Source: Arenimonas sp. (lineage in GTDB: Bacteria; Pseudomonadota; Gammaproteobacteria; Xanthomonadales; Xanthomonadaceae). From it: 45,944 bases of DNA. Under the pieces are notes generated by a model. The model saw nothing but the letters and a program-made list of their open reading frames with translations, was not told the origin of the DNA and did not search any database. The stretch's first letter is position 1. Each line of letters begins with the position of its first letter. Positions 42,006 through 45,944 of this stretch are shown here, in pieces. The translations under genes and the position numbers were made by a program. The stretch spans positions 1-45,944 of the forward strand of contig JAYTOD010000048.1 of NCBI GenBank assembly GCA_043747995.1, in the 5' to 3' direction.

Positions 42006-43880
42006 ATGCTAGATTTTCCAAAATGGAAGTATGTACTCATCGTATTGGTACTGTTGGCAAGTGTTTTATATTCACTTCCAAATATCTATCCGCAAGACGC
42101 TGCGGTGCAGGTTAGTGTTAACCGCGGTCAACTTGAAGCCGGTTTAGCACCACGTATTGAATCACTATTGAAAGCGCAAGGCATTACACCACGCCGCGTG
42201 GCTGTTGAAGGCGATGATGTGATGGTTCGCTTAAACAGCTCAGATGATCAACTTAAAGCGGCCGATATTATTCGGCCGGAACTAGGCGCGCGTTACACTA
42301 CCGCCCTGAATCTTGCATCTACTGTCCCTTCATGGCTAACTTCATTGGGCGCTAACCCAATGACCCTCGGCCTTGATCTGCAAGGTGGTGTGCACTTCTT
42401 AATGCAAGTCGATCAAAAAGCCGCCTTAGACAAACGCGAAAATGCCTATGCTGAAGAAATACGTGCAATATTGCGCGACGAAAAATTTTCTAGCTATGAT
42501 GTTGCTCGTGGCACTGAAGGTATTCGTATTACTTTTAAAGACCAAGCTGACCGCAACAAAGCGCGTTCATCGCTCTCTGTTAGCTTTCCAACTTTGGTGT
42601 TTGTTGATTTGCCTGTTTCTCAAGGGTTTAGTTTGTCCGCTGCAGTAACGCCTGGCGAACTGAAAGCAATATCCGATGGTGCTGTAGATCAAAACATTAC
42701 TACTTTGCGCAATCGAATAGATGCGTTAGGTGTGGCTGAGCCAGTGATCCAGCGCCAAGGTGCTAGCCGTATTATTGTGCAGTTGCCGGGTGTGCAAGAC
42801 ACTGCAGAAGCTAAAGATATTATTGGCGCCACCGCAACGCTTGAATACAGAGCGCAGATTGGCGATATGACGCAGGCCGCTGAAGCACAGAGCAGCGGAA
42901 TAATTCCTCCAGAAGCGCGACTATACTTTATGCGTGATGCAGCGCCTGATGGGCAACGCATTCCTATCTTGCTGTCGCGTCGGGTTATTGTATCGGGTGA
43001 TCAATTAGTGGATGCTACACCAGGTGTCGATTCTCAGTCGGGCACACCAATGGTTAGCATCAAGCTCGATACCGCTGGTGGCAAACGCATGTTCAACCAT
43101 ACCTTATACAACATCGGTAAGAATATGGCGGTTGTGTATGTTGAGCGTGTACCTGAAACGCGAATGGTTAATGGTGTTGAAGTTAAGACAGTTAAGATTA
43201 TTGAAGACGTGATTAACTCAGCAACTATCCAAGGTGTGTTTGGTAAGGATTTCCAAACCACTGGCCTAGATCCGCAAGAAGCAGATCGCTTGTCAAAACA
43301 ATTGAAAGCAGGTGCGCTAGCCGCTCCAATGGATTTTGCGCAAGAGCGCGTGATTGGACCAAGCTTGGGCGCAGAAAACGTTGAACGCGGCGTTAAAGCG
43401 GTGATGTTTTCGTTTGTATTCGTGCTGATCTTCTTCGTTATTTATTACAAAATGTTCGGTGTGATTACCAATCTTGCGTTATTGCTCAATCTGCTTTTGG
43501 TTGTCGCGGTTATGTCGATGTTCGGCGCAACGCTGACATTGCCAGGATTCGCCGGTATTGCGCTAACAGTCGGTATGTCGGTTGATGCTAACGTGCTCAT
43601 TAATGAACGAATACGCGAGGAACTGCGCATCGGAAACACGCCTTTGGCCAGCATCGCAGCCGGTTACGATAAAGCCAGCGGCACCATCATCGACGCCAAC
43701 TTAACTGCTCTGTTAGGTGGTATCGCTATGGCAGCATTTGGCTCTGGTCCAATACGCGGTTTCGGTATCACACTCATCATCGGCATTCTTACCTCGATGT
43801 TTACCGCTGTGACGGTGTCGCGCGCCATTGCCACTTTGATGTACGGTCGCCGTCGCAAGCTGACGAAAGTCTCGGTCTGA
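42006..43880 (+). CDS. secD: Protein translocase subunit SecD
   Basis: LGLDLQGG, RIDALGVAEP, IGPSLG, GMSVDANVLINERIREE. Confidence 0.97.
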   Translation: MLDFPKWKYVLIVLVLLASVLYSLPNIYPQDAAVQVSVNRGQLEAGLAPRIESLLKAQGITPRRVAVEGDDVMVRLNSSDDQLKAADIIRPELGARYTTALNLASTVPSWLTSLGANPMTLGLDLQGGVHFLMQVDQKAALDKRENAYAEEIRAILRDEKFSSYDVARGTEGIRITFKDQADRNKARSSLSVSFPTLVFVDLPVSQGFSLSAAVTPGELKAISDGAVDQNITTLRNRIDALGVAEPVIQRQGASRIIVQLPGVQDTAEAKDIIGATATLEYRAQIGDMTQAAEAQSSGIIPPEARLYFMRDAAPDGQRIPILLSRRVIVSGDQLVDATPGVDSQSGTPMVSIKLDTAGGKRMFNHTLYNIGKNMAVVYVERVPETRMVNGVEVKTVKIIEDVINSATIQGVFGKDFQTTGLDPQEADRLSKQLKAGALAAPMDFAQERVIGPSLGAENVERGVKAVMFSFVFVLIFFVIYYKMFGVITNLALLLNLLLVVAVMSMFGATLTLPGFAGIALTVGMSVDANVLINERIREELRIGNTPLASIAAGYDKASGTIIDANLTALLGGIAMAAFGSGPIRGFGITLIIGILTSMFTAVTVSRAIATLMYGRRRKLTKVSV

Positions 43881-43898
43881 CCGTAAGGAACTAAATTA

Positions 43899-44831
43899 AT
43901 GGAACTTTTCCCATCCAATAGCAAATTTAATTTTATGCGCTGGCGTCATGTTTCGCTGGCAATAGCAGCTATCGTTATGTTCATAGCAATCGGCGCTATG
44001 GTGGTCAAGGGCTTCAATTTTGCACTTGATTTTACCGGTGGCTACGAAACCGAAATCCAGTTCAGCAAACCTGTTGAAGTTGGTCAGTTACGCGAAAAAC
44101 TCGAAACATCTGGCTTTAAAGGTGCACAAGTTCGCGTTATCGGTTCGTCGAATGATGTGGTCATCCGTATGCAAGCGCAGAAGCTGGGTTCAAAGCTAAG
44201 TGGTGCTGTTGTGCTTGCAGCCGTTCAGAGCGCTGACAACCCAGGCAAACTGCGCGATTATTACTATGTTGGTCCGCAAGTGGGCAAAGAGCTTGCCGAG
44301 AATGGTATTTTTGCTGTGGTGTTTGTGGTGCTTGGCTTTTTGGCCTATGTGTGGATCCGCTTCGAGTTTAAATTCGCTGTGGCTTCTATTATCACCACCT
44401 TACACGACGTAGTACTAGTAGCGGGTTGGTTCGCATTCAGTGGCCACGAGTTTGATTTAGCGGTATTGGCAGGTGTGCTGTCTGTGATGGGCTACTCAAT
44501 CAACGACACCATCGTGGTGTTTGATCGCGTTCGCGAAAATTTCCGTAACTTGCATAAGCTGTCCGCCTATGAAGTGATGAACCGCTCTGTGAACCAAACC
44601 CTATCACGCACCACCATCACCTCATTCGTGGCGTTATTAACCGTGTTGGCGCTATATTTCTATGGCGGCGATTCGCTTAAAGGCATGGCTGAATCGCAAA
44701 TACTTGGTATTTTGATTGGTACGCTGTCATCCATTTTCGTGGCCTGCCCACTGTTGCTAATGATGGGTGTCACTAAACAAGACTTAATGCCGAAAGCACG
44801 TGACGATGCAGAGCTTAATGCTCGTCCGTAA
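43899..44831 (+). CDS. secF: Protein translocase subunit SecF
   Basis: LDFTGG, VGPQVG, HDV, GYSINDTIVVFDRVREN, TLSRT. Confidence 0.97.
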   Translation: MELFPSNSKFNFMRWRHVSLAIAAIVMFIAIGAMVVKGFNFALDFTGGYETEIQFSKPVEVGQLREKLETSGFKGAQVRVIGSSNDVVIRMQAQKLGSKLSGAVVLAAVQSADNPGKLRDYYYVGPQVGKELAENGIFAVVFVVLGFLAYVWIRFEFKFAVASIITTLHDVVLVAGWFAFSGHEFDLAVLAGVLSVMGYSINDTIVVFDRVRENFRNLHKLSAYEVMNRSVNQTLSRTTITSFVALLTVLALYFYGGDSLKGMAESQILGILIGTLSSIFVACPLLLMMGVTKQDLMPKARDDAELNARP

Positions 44832-44849
44832 GTAACTTTTACGCTAAAC

Positions 44850-44878
44850 AAAAAAGCCGCTCATTGAGCGGTTTTTTT
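44850..44878. terminator. Bidirectional terminator between secF and suhB
   Basis: aaaaaa-GCCGCTC-att-GAGCGGT-tttttt. Confidence 0.88.
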
Positions 44879-44895
44879 ATGAACAGATTGGACAG

Positions 44896-45696
44896 TTAAA
44901 AACTCTTACCGTAATCCGATTGCGCTATGGCTGCTTGCAGCAATGGCCCAACTTTCATATTGCCAGCCACAATTTGGCCGGCATCAAGAATGCGTTCGCC
45001 GCGACCTTTAAAATCACAGACACGGCCACCGGCTTCGCGAACCAACAACATACCCGCCGCCACATCCCAAGCTTTGATGCCCGATTCAAAATACGCATCA
45101 GCACGGCCGCAAGCCACATAGGCTAAATCTAATGCGGCTGAACCACTACGACGAATATCTTCGGCGCTGGCTAGCAGTTGTTTGGTGAAATCCAGATGCA
45201 CGCCAACGCGGCCACGATCACGTGGCGGGGTGCCGGTGATAACTAACGAGCCTGATAAATCTTTGCGCTCGGATACGCGGATTTTCTTATCGTTCAACAA
45301 GGCGCCTTTGCCTTTGCTGGCGGTATACAATTCATTTTTGATGGGGTCGTAGATAACCGCATCAATCGGCTCGCCATTTTCAACCAGTGCAATTGACACG
45401 CAATAGTGTGGGATACCGTGCAGGAAGTTTGAGGTGCCGTCTAGCGGGTCAATCACAAAGGTTTGTTTGCCTTTGCCCATAGCGCCGGATTCTTCGCATA
45501 AGAAAGCTGCCGTTGGGTAGGCGCGTTTCAATTCTTTGATGATTTCTTTTTCGGCTAGTTCATCCACTTCACTGGCATAGTCGAGTTTTGACTTTTCGAA
45601 TACACTCAAGCTCTCGAGTTTGTTCATATGGCGTAAAATAACCGAACCGCCTAAACGTGCGGCTTTAACCATCACGGTGATGACTGGGTTTTGCAT
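44896..45696 (-). CDS. suhB: Inositol monophosphatase / Nus factor SuhB
   Basis: EE..., [26 protein letters not shown]. Confidence 0.93.
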   Translation of the reverse strand: MQNPVITVMVKAARLGGSVILRHMNKLESLSVFEKSKLDYASEVDELAEKEIIKELKRAYPTAAFLCEESGAMGKGKQTFVIDPLDGTSNFLHGIPHYCVSIALVENGEPIDAVIYDPIKNELYTASKGKGALLNDKKIRVSERKDLSGSLVITGTPPRDRGRVGVHLDFTKQLLASAEDIRRSGSAALDLAYVACGRADAYFESGIKAWDVAAGMLLVREAGGRVCDFKGRGERILDAGQIVAGNMKVGPLLQAAIAQSDYGKSF

Positions 45697-45829
45697 GGAC
45701 TACCCTTAGCTAATTTGGTGAAGAACGGTATGTTGGTCAAGCAACACCGCACTATGATACCGCAAAGCACATAAGAGCTGAAAGTCTTTGTTTTAATTGA
45801 TTCATTTATTCCCTCACAAGATGGCTTGT

Positions 45830-45944
45830 ATGAACCTAAAAGATCCAATTCGCATAGTATTAGTTGGCACCCAGCACCCGGGCAATATTGGCTCGGCAGC
45901 GCGAGCCATGAAGACTATGGGGCTAACAGAGCTGGTGTTGGTGG
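45830..45944 (+). CDS. trmJ: tRNA Cm32/Um32 methyltransferase TrmJ, 5' part (truncated by window; absent from ORF track)
   Basis: Manual translation [38 protein letters not shown]; divergent from suhB. Confidence 0.88.
   Translation, partial: MNLKDPIRIVLVGTQHPGNIGSAARAMKTMGLTELVLV

Overview
Chromosomal segment of a gammaproteobacterium. Gene order and protein sequences look Xanthomonadales/Lysobacterales-like (inference), but GC looks only mid-40s % by eye (not computed). Core content, in order: end of a type IV minor-pilin operon (pilY1-like, pilE), tRNA-Asn, orphan fimT, uvrB, tRNA-Val, thrS-infC-rpmI-rplT-pheS-pheT-ihfA-merR-tRNA-Pro, tRNA-Phe, yggX-mutY-ftsY (minus strand) divergent from rsmD-coaD, a lysine 6-aminotransferase-like gene, queA-tgt-yajC-secD-secF, suhB and the start of trmJ. 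Two accessory blocks: (i) a class IV aminotransferase + sulfotransferase-like pair and a secreted S8 protease between tRNA-Val and thrS; (ii) a divergent acyclic-terpene (atu-like) catabolic cluster with no atuA/atuG/atuR, carrying instead a DUF849 beta-keto-acid cleavage enzyme, a LiuR-type MerR regulator with a matching operator, SCP2, an extra acyl-CoA dehydrogenase and tspO. Most striking small-scale signal: a 51-bp, 75% GC, hairpin-forming element bounded by 9-bp direct repeats and sitting in frame in the N-terminus of the sulfotransferase-like gene. Also seen: three GTAG/ATAG-type REP-like elements and structured leaders upstream of thrS and rpmI. No integrase, transposase, CRISPR array or rRNA was seen.
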